Below are positions 10,115 to 19,057 of a DNA stretch of 38,059 nucleotides, one piece after another. The notes beneath the pieces are model-generated. The model saw only the letters and a program-made list of their open reading frames with translations, had not been told where the DNA came from and did not search any database. The DNA comes from Candidatus Calescibacterium sp. (GTDB taxonomy: Bacteria > Calescibacteriota > Calescibacteriia > Calescibacteriales > Calescibacteriaceae). Both the position numbers and the translations under genes were made by a program. The DNA is taken from positions 1 through 38,059 of the forward strand of contig JAVVGL010000019.1 of the NCBI GenBank assembly GCA_032249135.1, given 5' to 3'. Every line of letters starts with the position of its first letter. The stretch's first letter is position 1.

Positions 10115-10130
10115 TGTTTCACGTGAAACC
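10115..10130. promoter_or_regulatory. parS site TGTTTCACGTGAAACC
   Basis: 15/16 match to consensus, immediately before the truA ATG. Confidence 0.85.
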
Positions 10131-10868
10131 ATGCTCAAAAACATAGCTCTGAAAATATCTTATATAGGAAAAAATTATGCAGGATGGCAAATTCAAAAAG
10201 ATGTCCCTACCATACAAGGTGAGATAAAAAAAGCTATAAAAAAAATAACAGGAGAAGATAAGATAAAAGTCATAGGAGCTTCAAGAACGGATGCAGGAGT
10301 TCACGCTTTATGCCAAGTTGCAAACTTTATAACTTCATCTGAAATCCCTCCCGAAAGGTTCAAATATGCTCTAAATACAGTCTTACCAGATGATATAAGA
10401 ATACTAAAATCATGCGAGGTAGATATGAGCTTTAACGCAAGATACACCCCCTGTGAAAAAACCTATAAATACATCATATATCAGGGAGAAATAATTCCAT
10501 TTTTGAAGGACTTTGTTTTAAGCATAAAATCAGAGCTCAATATAGAAAAAATGCAAAGGTGCGCAGAGATGTTAGTAGGAGAAAAAGATTTTGCAGGATT
10601 CACTCCGGAAAAAACAAATACACAAAGAACAATCTTCAAATCTCAAATTACAAAAAAAGGAAAATTCATAATATATGAAATAAAAGGAAGAAGCTTTTTA
10701 AGATATATGGTCAGAAACATCGTTGGAACGCTTATTCTTGTTGGACTTGAAAAACTCAAAGAAGAGGATTTTGAAAAAATTCTAAAAGGAGAAGAAAAGG
10801 CAAGATTTACAGCTCCACCACATGCCCTATACCTTGCAGATATAAAATACTTAGGATATGATATTTAG
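10131..10868 (+). CDS. truA: tRNA pseudouridine(38-40) synthase
   Basis: SYIGKNYAGWQIQ, ASRTDAGVHA..QV, FLRYMVRNIVG, TAPPHALYL. Start taken at ATG 10131. Confidence 0.95.
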   Translation: MLKNIALKISYIGKNYAGWQIQKDVPTIQGEIKKAIKKITGEDKIKVIGASRTDAGVHALCQVANFITSSEIPPERFKYALNTVLPDDIRILKSCEVDMSFNARYTPCEKTYKYIIYQGEIIPFLKDFVLSIKSELNIEKMQRCAEMLVGEKDFAGFTPEKTNTQRTIFKSQITKKGKFIIYEIKGRSFLRYMVRNIVGTLILVGLEKLKEEDFEKILKGEEKARFTAPPHALYLADIKYLGYDI

Positions 10869-10910
10869 AAAAAGAGAAGCTCAGAAGAACTTTTACTGCT
10901 TACCTTACTT

Positions 10911-11909
10911 TTACTGACTACCTTTTTGTTTTTCGTTCGTAAGAAATAGAAGCTCAGGTCCCAAAGATATTTTAAGAGTAGTTTTCTCTCTTTTGAAAAC
11001 TTCTCCATCTAATGTATATCCTCCTTCAAAGCTCATTTTTACATTTTGAGCAACTCCATTGAATGATTTTTCAAGAACTTTCTTGCCAAGAGCTATCCAC
11101 AAAAAATTCAAAGCAAGTTTGATATGTGGATCAGCAAAAACAGCTACAAAAAATTTATCTTTTTGGTAATTACGAGTAAAAGGTGTTGTAAACAGGACCA
11201 TTTTTCTGAAAACAGATATAATGCATGATACAACTTTTTTATGAGGGAAAGTGAAATCATCTATTTGAACCTCGCAATCTATAAACCTTTTCAATATATG
11301 AGAAAGTTCTCCCCCAAAAATTATAGATAAAATAGATTTCACCATAAGCGACAAGGCTTTTTCTGGACCAAAACCTTTTGAGTAATAGTATTCCATAGCA
11401 GAAAATATCAGCCCGTTTGCGAACATGAATCCAAAATGAGGTGAAAACCCTTCTTCTTCAATTTTCAGGGGCCTGACTTTCCGTATGTATAAAGGGTCAA
11501 CATCAGAATATGAGCTGAAATTATTGACTATATCGCAAACTATGCGTGGAGCGGTACCGGGGGTCTGATTTTTTACTATATTCTTTGCGACAACATTCAA
11601 AGATCCAGCTCCTATGGGTATCAGAAAAGGTATATTTTTTCCTTTTGTTTTCAATTCATCATAAAGGGGAATAAAAAAGTCGGCAAAAGTTTTTATTGTA
11701 CCGTCTCCTCCTACTATGACTATCACATCTGAGACGAATGCAATTTCTCTTATTTTCTGTTGAAGTAAATCAGGAGGAACACCGCTGACGATCTCAAAAG
11801 TATGCGAGCGAGAAAGATGTTTTCGCAGAATATCTTTAATTCTTTCCTCCGAGAAAAATCCATAAAATGCTTTCCCCGAAAATGGATTTAAAAAAAATGT
11901 AATATGCAT
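10911..11909 (-). CDS. Diacylglycerol/lipid kinase family protein (YegS-like)
   Basis: NPFSGK, VGGDGT, IGAGSLNVVA, LDGE motifs. Confidence 0.8.
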   Translation of the reverse strand: MHITFFLNPFSGKAFYGFFSEERIKDILRKHLSRSHTFEIVSGVPPDLLQQKIREIAFVSDVIVIVGGDGTIKTFADFFIPLYDELKTKGKNIPFLIPIGAGSLNVVAKNIVKNQTPGTAPRIVCDIVNNFSSYSDVDPLYIRKVRPLKIEEEGFSPHFGFMFANGLIFSAMEYYYSKGFGPEKALSLMVKSILSIIFGGELSHILKRFIDCEVQIDDFTFPHKKVVSCIISVFRKMVLFTTPFTRNYQKDKFFVAVFADPHIKLALNFLWIALGKKVLEKSFNGVAQNVKMSFEGGYTLDGEVFKREKTTLKISLGPELLFLTNEKQKGSQ

Positions 11910-12250
11910 AGGTTATATCTATTTTTAACCTTTTATTTTTAGTCTTTGAATTTATTTATTTGACTTGTTCAAAATGTTTCCTTCACTTTATAATTATTTT
12001 CACAGATATATATACCTTAAAAGGTATTTTCTTGATATAAATAATACCTCTTGATTTTTTATGGAAAACTTATTTTTGCCTTGACAGTATTGGTTTTCCG
12101 CTGTTGAAAAAGATGTGGAAAAGATGTTGAAAGAGATGTTGAAAAAATTGTTGAAAATTTTTGTGGAAAAACTGAAAGGTTTTTCCACAAAATTTTCCAC
12201 TGATTTCCCTAATTTTTTCACAAGTTTTCCACAGGTTTTCCACAAGGAAA
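11910..12250. other. Probable replication origin oriC: AT-rich tract plus DnaA-box arrays
   Basis: Intergenic region at the dnaA 3' end. TGT(G/T)GAAA(A/G) at 12102, 12114, 12125, 12137, 12149 and 12162; TTTT(C/T)CAC(A/T) at 12181, 12193, 12214, 12225 and 12236. parS cluster nearby. Confidence 0.85.
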
Positions 12251-12252
12251 AA

Positions 12253-13320
12253 TCAGTGTTTGCCATTCTTCCCGCTTCCTGACGCTTCTCCAAGGATGGT
12301 TTCTCTTATTGATGTCAAAATCATCTGTAAAGATGAATCTTTTTCTTTTTCTGCTTTTACTTTTTCTATTGCGTAGATTACAGTTGAATGGTCTCTGTTT
12401 CCGAAAATTTGTCCTATTTGTGTAGTTGATAGGTTCAGCATTTCTCTGCAAAGGTATATTGCTATTTGTCGTGCCATTGAAATATTCTTTTTTCGTCTGG
12501 GACTTTGAATTTCTTTAGGGTCAAGGTTGAAGAACTTTGCTGTTATTTCTATTATTTTTTTTGCATCAACATTTTTCAGTGGGACATTAAGTTGAGAAAG
12601 TGCCCTTTCAGCAAGTTCAAGGTTTGGCTCTTTTTCTTCTATTTCTGCGAACATAACTACTGTTTCGAGAGCTCCTTCAAGCCATCGGACATTTCCAGAA
12701 ATTCTCTCTGCGATATAGTATATTACCTCATCTGGGACCTTGTATCCTCTCTCATATGCTTTTGCTTTGAGGATTGCTACTCTTACATCAAACGGGGGGG
12801 GTTTTATTTCAACTATTCTTCCCCACTGGAATCTTGATATAAGTTTGCTTTCAAAATTTTTAAGGGAGTGAGGGGGTTTATCTGCTGTTATGACTATTCT
12901 TTTTTTTGTTATAAGGAGGTAATTTACTGTTTCAAAAATTTCTTCGCGGGTTGCAGATCTTGAATCGGTTTCAAGTAGATTTATATCATCTATCAGTAGC
13001 ACATCGCACATATCTCTGTATTTTCTTCTGAATTCTGTGAGTATGTTTTCTTGATATGCTGTCATAAATTCTCTCATAAATTCGTTTGCAGGTATATAAA
13101 TTACTCTTGCGCCGAATCCGTTTTCTAAAACTTCATTTCCTATTGCATGAAGAAGATGGGTTTTTCCGAGGCCGCTTGGACTCCATATAAAAAGGAGGTT
13201 TGTTCTTGATGTTCCTTTTGCAATTTCCATCGCAGCTGCTTTTGCTAATTTGTTGTTCTCTCCTGTCACATAATTTGAAAATGTGAACCTTCTGTCTATT
13301 GGAAACATAAGGTTAAGCAT
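12253..13320 (-). CDS. dnaA: Chromosomal replication initiator DnaA, domains III+IV only
   Basis: FTFSNYVTGENN, Walker A SGLGKTHLL, Walker B LLIDDI, SRFQWG, NVRWLEGAL, domain IV ARQIAIYL and RDHSTVIYA. SD AAGGAGGTG just upstream of the ATG. Confidence 0.92.
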   Translation of the reverse strand: MLNLMFPIDRRFTFSNYVTGENNKLAKAAAMEIAKGTSRTNLLFIWSPSGLGKTHLLHAIGNEVLENGFGARVIYIPANEFMREFMTAYQENILTEFRRKYRDMCDVLLIDDINLLETDSRSATREEIFETVNYLLITKKRIVITADKPPHSLKNFESKLISRFQWGRIVEIKPPPFDVRVAILKAKAYERGYKVPDEVIYYIAERISGNVRWLEGALETVVMFAEIEEKEPNLELAERALSQLNVPLKNVDAKKIIEITAKFFNLDPKEIQSPRRKKNISMARQIAIYLCREMLNLSTTQIGQIFGNRDHSTVIYAIEKVKAEKEKDSSLQMILTSIRETILGEASGSGKNGKH

Positions 13321-13465
13321 AAACTTTCACCTCCTTATTTATATTTTACAAATTCTCTCTTTTGTTTCTACTCTTTTTTTATGGGTGGAATCAATTTTAT
13401 GTTTATTTTAATATTTTAATCGTTTCGGGATGTAATTTCAAACATTTTTATATATTTTTGGTGGT

Positions 13466-13504
13466 TTTTTAACAGCTTGTTGAAAGATTTGAGGTTTTTC
13501 AACA
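13466..13504. promoter_or_regulatory. DnaA-box-like sites upstream of dnaA
   Basis: TTTTTAACA (13466), TGTTGAAAG (13478) and TTTTCAACA (13496), the latter two matching variants in the oriC array. Confidence 0.5.
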
Positions 13505-13589
13505 AAATGAAAAATGCAAAATACTAAATTCAAAATCAGAGAAGATGTGAAATCAAAAAGAAAATTCGTTTTAGTTTTTATTTTTTGTT

Positions 13590-14378
13590 TTAAAAGTACT
13601 TTATGAGTTTTTCATAGGAAAGTTCAATTAAATTTTCCATAATAAGTGTCTTTACTTTTTTTGAGAAAGGCAAATCTGAATGAAACATGCCTGATAAGAA
13701 TATATTTTTTGTGTTTGGAAGCTCTGGGAGACGGCACGACTCAGGAGGAGCCATCCAGTCGTGTTCTGATGAAATTGAAACAAAGTAGCATGATGGAGGG
13801 AAAGGCTTTTTTTTCAGTTTCCTTATAAAATCTGAACCTTCCCAAAGGTCATATACAGATCTGAGGGTTCTTATTATATTTTTAAGCGGAGCAGCAAGTA
13901 TAGCATATTTTAAGCCGTTAATAGGTGATGCTATTGTTATGAGGCGGTCTATAAAAGACGCTCCATCCATCGCTCTGATAACATAGTGGAGTAGAACTCC
14001 CCCCATAGAGAAACCTATTGCCGGTATTCTTGCATATTTTTTTGTTCCGTTGAAATTGTTCTTGAAGAATATCTCAAGAAATAGTCTCAACTCACTTGCC
14101 AAAGTTTTCAGGTCTTTATCTTTACCAAGTCTTTTGAGTTCAAAAGATATGGGAGCAAATCCTGCATCTTTGAGAGCATTATCTATTTCTCGCATAGATT
14201 CTCTTTTCATAAGATAACCTTGTATAACTATTACGGGGGTTCTGCCGGTTCTCAGGAGGGAGTAGCTTTCGTCTGATATTTTCCATGCTGGTAGTAAAGA
14301 ATCTATAATTCTTCCCCTTCTTTCTTTTTCTAAAATTATATCAACTAATCCCCTTATATCTTTTATAACCTTTATCAT
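13590..14378 (-). CDS. Alpha/beta hydrolase (lipase/esterase, PGAP1-like)
   Basis: Nucleophile elbow GFSMGG, ITIASP..G, Asp in DWMAP and His in FHSDL. Confidence 0.8.
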   Translation of the reverse strand: MIKVIKDIRGLVDIILEKERRGRIIDSLLPAWKISDESYSLLRTGRTPVIVIQGYLMKRESMREIDNALKDAGFAPISFELKRLGKDKDLKTLASELRLFLEIFFKNNFNGTKKYARIPAIGFSMGGVLLHYVIRAMDGASFIDRLITIASPINGLKYAILAAPLKNIIRTLRSVYDLWEGSDFIRKLKKKPFPPSCYFVSISSEHDWMAPPESCRLPELPNTKNIFLSGMFHSDLPFSKKVKTLIMENLIELSYEKLIKYF

Positions 14379-14771
14379 TTTTTTCAGTTCAAAACATAAA
14401 GATTTTTTAATAAAAATTTTCCTTTTTCTCTATCAAAATTGTTTTTAAATGCTAACTTTTTTCTCTCAATAATATATAAATTAATCGGAAAAAATATGGA
14501 AAAGCTGAATTTACAGGAAAGATAGTATAGGGGTAATTTGAAAGTATGTAATAATAAGTTAAAAATAAAGACGTTATAATAAGGTAATTGATGCGTAAAT
14601 AAAAAATTACCCCGTACCATTTTTATTGCCCCGTTATGAACAAATTATAAAAAAAAGAAAAATTTTTTTCAACTTTTTGGCAAATTTTTTTATTTTTTGG
14701 GACAGATTTTTTTATTTTTTGAATTTTCCAGATAAATTGAATTTTTTTTATCAAATCCAAAATTTTTGAGT

Positions 14772-15224
14772 ATGAGAAGAATTCTTGTTGCTTTTGATGG
14801 GTCAGAAGCGTCAGAACTTGCTTTGCAGAAGATATTGAGTTTTGCACCGAAAAACTCCAAAATCTTTGTTTTCTATGTCATAGACGAAGATGATGTAAGG
14901 TGGCCTTCAAGGATTGATATATCTTTGATATGGTCGGGAAATATAGATGAACTTGAAAATAATATCCTTGAGATTCACAAAAAGTATGCAGAAAGGTTGT
15001 TGGAAAAAGCGCGTAAGATGGCAAAAAAGAAAGGTAGAGCTGTAAAGCTCTCATATGATGTCGGGTATCCACCTGATAAAATAATAGAATTTGCGGAAAA
15101 ACAAAAGTGCGACCTTATAGTTCTTGGAAGTAAAGCAAGAACTCAGCTCGGATTTATACTTGGTTCAGTTGCACAAAAAGTTGCTGTAAAAAGTAAAATA
15201 CCAGTTCTTATTGTGAAGGCTTAG
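14772..15224 (+). CDS. Universal stress protein (Usp)
   Basis: ILVAFDGSEAS, DLIVLGS, LGSVAQKV, PVLIVK. Confidence 0.92.
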   Translation: MRRILVAFDGSEASELALQKILSFAPKNSKIFVFYVIDEDDVRWPSRIDISLIWSGNIDELENNILEIHKKYAERLLEKARKMAKKKGRAVKLSYDVGYPPDKIIEFAEKQKCDLIVLGSKARTQLGFILGSVAQKVAVKSKIPVLIVKA

Positions 15225-15252
15225 GGTAATTTTTAATTTGGGTCAATTTTTT

Positions 15253-17811
15253 TCAGCTTATTTCTTCTTTTTCAACTTCTAATCCAGCTTGTTTTATTGT
15301 TTCTTTGATTTTATCTTCATAATCTGATTTTGAAATTTTACCCTCTTCCGCTGATATTTCTATTTTTAGAGAAACTTTTTGAAATTTCTCTTTAATTAAA
15401 TTCATCATCTTGTATATGTCAGAAAATTTTCCGGTTGGAGGAACATCAAGTTTAAGGAATATTTTGGAGTAAGTTTTCCTTTCTTTTCCCTTTGCTTTAA
15501 GTTCTTCATCTTCTTCTTCATACTTTTCTGGTTTAGTTAGAGGGGTTTCAGGTTTTTGATGTGGAGACTTTGCTTCTGAAATTTGTTTTTGTTGCAAGCA
15601 CAACTCTTTTTTGATTATGATTTCATCTTCTCTGAGTTCTGGGTCCGAGTCGCTTTCAAAGTATTTACAGATAACTTTTCCGTTTTCTATGTATCCGAGA
15701 CCAAATTCTCCTTTTTTTACTCCCTCTTTTATTGAGTTTTTCAGGACATTCTCATTTACAATCCTTTTTTCTCCGGGAGTTCTATAAAATGATTCGTAAA
15801 TATTTTTTGTTTCAACATAATCTTTATTTTTGAGGTAATCGTTAAGAACAAGATAACTTAATTTTTCAATGATTTCCCCTTCGCTTTTGAGTTTTTCATA
15901 TACTTCTTCATCTATGGTTTTTTCAATACCATAGGTAGCCATTCCTAAATTTTCCTCTTTGAATCCTGTTTTTGATGGAATAAGCAAAATACGATAAAGG
16001 TTTCTTATGTTTTCTTTTGCAGATGATTCTGCTTTTTTAACTTCATCTTTGACTCTTTTTTTCTGCTCATCACTCAGATGTAATTTCTTATCTTTTTCTA
16101 TCTCACTCCATGCGATTTTTCTTTTTGCGAATTGTTCAAAATTTATTCTTTCTGATTCAGATTGGCACAGGAAAATAAGAGTGTTGCGATATACTCTTGG
16201 CTTATCTCCGCAATATTCTAAAAATTCTTTGCATTTTGTTTTGTCTTTTAGGATAACGAGTTTAATTTTTTTGTCATCTGGGATGTCTTTTGAATTGCTT
16301 GGCCAGATATAAACTCTGAAATATTTACTATCTTTGCTTATAATTTTGTTCAGAAGCTCTTTTTCTTCTACTTCAATGTCTTTTGCTTTGACAGATTCAA
16401 TTTTGTCCAAAAGAATTCTATTTAAGTTTGGTTGGTTTGTAAAGAACAATCCAGAATCTGATATATAAAAGAGGTTCTCTTTCAGGAGCTGAATTGTTTC
16501 CACGATTACGCTGCTAGGGAAATTTACATCTGCGCAAGAAAGTTTTATTTCTTTTTCTGTTGCTCCTTTCTTTGGACCCCCTGAAAATGAGTAAAGAAAT
16601 ATTGCTGTTGCCACTTTTGTTCCAAATGAAAATGGGTAATATGATGTGCCAAGTGCTTTATCAACTCTTTTTGCTCCCGAATTTGGTGATGTTATATCTG
16701 CTGCTATTATGCTGTCATATTCTTGTCCTATGTGTTTTATAAGCTCTTTTCTCAGTTCTTCGTTTGTTAAATCAAAATCTCCTAACCTTATGAATGGGAT
16801 TTTTGAGTCTTTAAGTGAATGAACGACGAGGGCTAAAATTCTCAAAACTCCTCGTGTTCTTTGGAAGGTCGGAAAAGAACCCCAGTTTTTATATAATACA
16901 TCAATTACTTCTGGTTGAAATGGATAGCTTGCGTTGAACATTTTTCTGTACTGTGATACATCTATTCCCTCCGGGAGCATTTTTTCCTTTTCTACATAGG
17001 TCAAAAATTCTTCTATTACATCTGATGCTGCTTTCTGATCAATTGAGCTGAAAAGTCTTTTTCTTATAACTTGTGCTATTTCTTCATCTTGTACTGGTGT
17101 GAAAATTTTCTCAACTCTTCCGAATATTTTCTGTAATTTTAAGAAAAATTCTTCTCCCTTTTCGCTATAATGTTCAAGCTCACTTGATGGTAATGTAAAA
17201 ACTAAAACAGCTTTCGGTATAATTGATATTGCACCCGTGAGTTCTTGAAAAAAAGCAAGGTGCTGGTCAGCCAATGTTGTGGAACCAACTTTTACTCCTG
17301 CTGCTTTGATTATATATTGCAGAACTTCATCCATCAAAATCAGTAAAGGTTGATACTTTTCTAAAAGCTTTGTCAATTTTTCTTTGCCTGGTGCAGTCTG
17401 TCCTTTCAGCAGAGTTATTTTTTCTGTGAGTTGCTTTTCAATCTCTTCCCACAGCGTTATTTCCTTTGGGTCGTAAGCTGTTCCGTCAATAACTACTAAA
17501 TTTGATTTCCATTCTTCTTTTGCCTTGTGATAAAGAGCTATCAGAGAGTGAGTTTTTCCTCCTCCGAATGGGGTTTGGAGCTGAATTATAGGGTCTCCAC
17601 CCTTTCCGTCAATTCTATTTTTTACGACATCAAAAAGGTTTTTCATTCCAGCGGTTATATAGGTTCTACTGAAAAAGACATTCGGATTCTGATATTCGTC
17701 GGGGGCGTCTCCTTTATATACTTTCATAAGGTCGGCAGCATAAACATCAAGCGAAAACCGACCTTCAAGAATATCTTTGTGTGGTATAGCTATTGCTGTA
17801 AAAGGTTTCAT
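15253..17811 (-). CDS. DUF499-family AAA+ ATPase
   Basis: PHKDIL, YAADL, Walker A LQTPFGGGKTHSL, Walker B LMDE, SYPFQPE, FQRTRGVLR. Neighbours are the typical DUF1156 and SNF2 genes. Confidence 0.88.
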   Translation of the reverse strand: MKPFTAIAIPHKDILEGRFSLDVYAADLMKVYKGDAPDEYQNPNVFFSRTYITAGMKNLFDVVKNRIDGKGGDPIIQLQTPFGGGKTHSLIALYHKAKEEWKSNLVVIDGTAYDPKEITLWEEIEKQLTEKITLLKGQTAPGKEKLTKLLEKYQPLLILMDEVLQYIIKAAGVKVGSTTLADQHLAFFQELTGAISIIPKAVLVFTLPSSELEHYSEKGEEFFLKLQKIFGRVEKIFTPVQDEEIAQVIRKRLFSSIDQKAASDVIEEFLTYVEKEKMLPEGIDVSQYRKMFNASYPFQPEVIDVLYKNWGSFPTFQRTRGVLRILALVVHSLKDSKIPFIRLGDFDLTNEELRKELIKHIGQEYDSIIAADITSPNSGAKRVDKALGTSYYPFSFGTKVATAIFLYSFSGGPKKGATEKEIKLSCADVNFPSSVIVETIQLLKENLFYISDSGLFFTNQPNLNRILLDKIESVKAKDIEVEEKELLNKIISKDSKYFRVYIWPSNSKDIPDDKKIKLVILKDKTKCKEFLEYCGDKPRVYRNTLIFLCQSESERINFEQFAKRKIAWSEIEKDKKLHLSDEQKKRVKDEVKKAESSAKENIRNLYRILLIPSKTGFKEENLGMATYGIEKTIDEEVYEKLKSEGEIIEKLSYLVLNDYLKNKDYVETKNIYESFYRTPGEKRIVNENVLKNSIKEGVKKGEFGLGYIENGKVICKYFESDSDPELREDEIIIKKELCLQQKQISEAKSPHQKPETPLTKPEKYEEEDEELKAKGKERKTYSKIFLKLDVPPTGKFSDIYKMMNLIKEKFQKVSLKIEISAEEGKISKSDYEDKIKETIKQAGLEVEKEEIS

Positions 17812-17813
17812 TT

Positions 17814-19049
17814 TTATAACAACCTCCCAATTGTTTTTTCTTCTTTTATTTCTTCTTTTATTTTTTCTTTGCCTGAGAGGAAACCATCAAGAAGTTTTTT
17901 TTCTTTGCTGTCTTTTGGGAGTATTTCTGATATTGCCTGCGCCACTTTGTAAAAAGAATCATTGCTACCAAATCCAGTTTCTTGGAGAACTTTTTTCATC
18001 TCCTCTCTCCTACCATCCTTCCATAGTAGTAGAACTCTGTGAAGAACATCAATCAGCTCTGTTGAGTTTTCAAGTTCTTTCAAATTCCTATCTTGTGGTC
18101 CGAGAACTTTTATGAATTCTTTTTCTTTCTTTATGAAACCTTTGTTCCACTCTCGTGCGAGGTCTATCCCAACGCTTTGAGCGAGCTTTCTTGCTTCATC
18201 AAACTCAACTTTGCCCTCTCCAAATGCCCATCTGAAAAGTATGTAAAACCTTGTCAAGGGTGAAAGCTCACCGGCAATCCCATTATGTAGAATTTGACGA
18301 ACAGCATAATCTGTGACGACTTCCCTGACGAACTCCAAAAGTTTATCTGCCCTTATAATGTTTCCCTCGTAGTCCATAACCTTTTCGTATTTGCCGAAGA
18401 TTTCAATTGCGGAGCCAATTCCAGCGATGAAAAAGTCAGCACCTGAAATTCCTTCACTCCATAATCTATCAAGTTTTTGGAAAATATGCTTTTTAATCTC
18501 TTCTTTCACTTCATTAAACCAACCTGTCTCTTCTCTCTTAATTTTTCTGCAAACTATGTAAATTGAAGAGACAAGTGAGGCGGTTTCTCGCGCATTCAAT
18601 CTCTCTTTCATTTCAGTATCAATTGGCCATGATGCGGTGGGGACAAGTCCGGAGTCCAAAAGTGAGTTTATAAGTGTTTCCCACCCAGCAGTTGATTTGT
18701 GAGCATAAACGATAATGCAGATCCCGTTTGGTTTTAAAACCCTATAAATTTCCTGAAATGATTTTTTCAGCATTTCTTCAAAGAATCTTTTTGCTGATTC
18801 TTGATTTCCATGTCTTACTGGATTTGCTACTATTTCTTTTGATTTCGGTGTAAGAGGGGTTGAAAATAAATCAGGATATAAATCGCCGATGCTTCTTTTC
18901 AGCCATACATAAAAGAAATCAGAAAGTTCAGCATAGTTTACATTGTCATAATAGGGCGGGTCTGTGAAAACTGCATCAAAGTAGTTGTCAGGATAAGGTA
19001 GTTAAGTTGCAGAAGATTGTGAAACAACAGGGATATGTAATTTTTTCAT
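17814..19049 (-). pseudogene. C-terminal (catalytic DPPY) half of a split DUF1156 adenine methyltransferase, with premature TAA at codon 16
   Basis: Manual translation from ATG 19049: [51 protein letters not shown]..., continuing in frame into the 17814..18773 ORF. TAA at 19004-19002; DPPY at 18962-18951. Confidence 0.85.
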
Positions 19050-19057
19050 TCTTCAAC
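19043..19057. repeat. 15-bp direct repeat, copy 1 (TTTTCATTCTTCAAC)
   Basis: Identical to 19360-19374; spans the MNT stop and MTase-C start. Confidence 0.8.

Noticed and set aside
10089-10130. N-terminal extension of TruA (MDLEDKSFCVSRET)
   Set aside because: TTG start overlapping the upstream gene; VSRET is simply the parS translation.
12102-12245. Repeat array as a CRISPR or plasmid iteron set
   Set aside because: Units are 9-mers with 2-4 nt gaps next to dnaA; there are no spacers, cas or rep genes.
12000-12451. Minus-strand ORFs of 97 and 77 aa at the dnaA 3' end
   Set aside because: They are translations of the DnaA-box array (repeated VEN/FST peptides) and an alternative dnaA frame.
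12253-13320. Short DnaA interpreted as Hda
   Set aside because: It has a full domain IV signature, an intact Walker A and adjoining DnaA boxes.
14384-14847. Small minus-strand ORFs in the AT-rich intergenic region
   Set aside because: Low-complexity composition and no recognisable motifs.
17814-18773. Stand-alone 319-aa gene as given in the ORF track
   Set aside because: It is the distal part of the MTase C-half, whose frame extends to ATG 19049.
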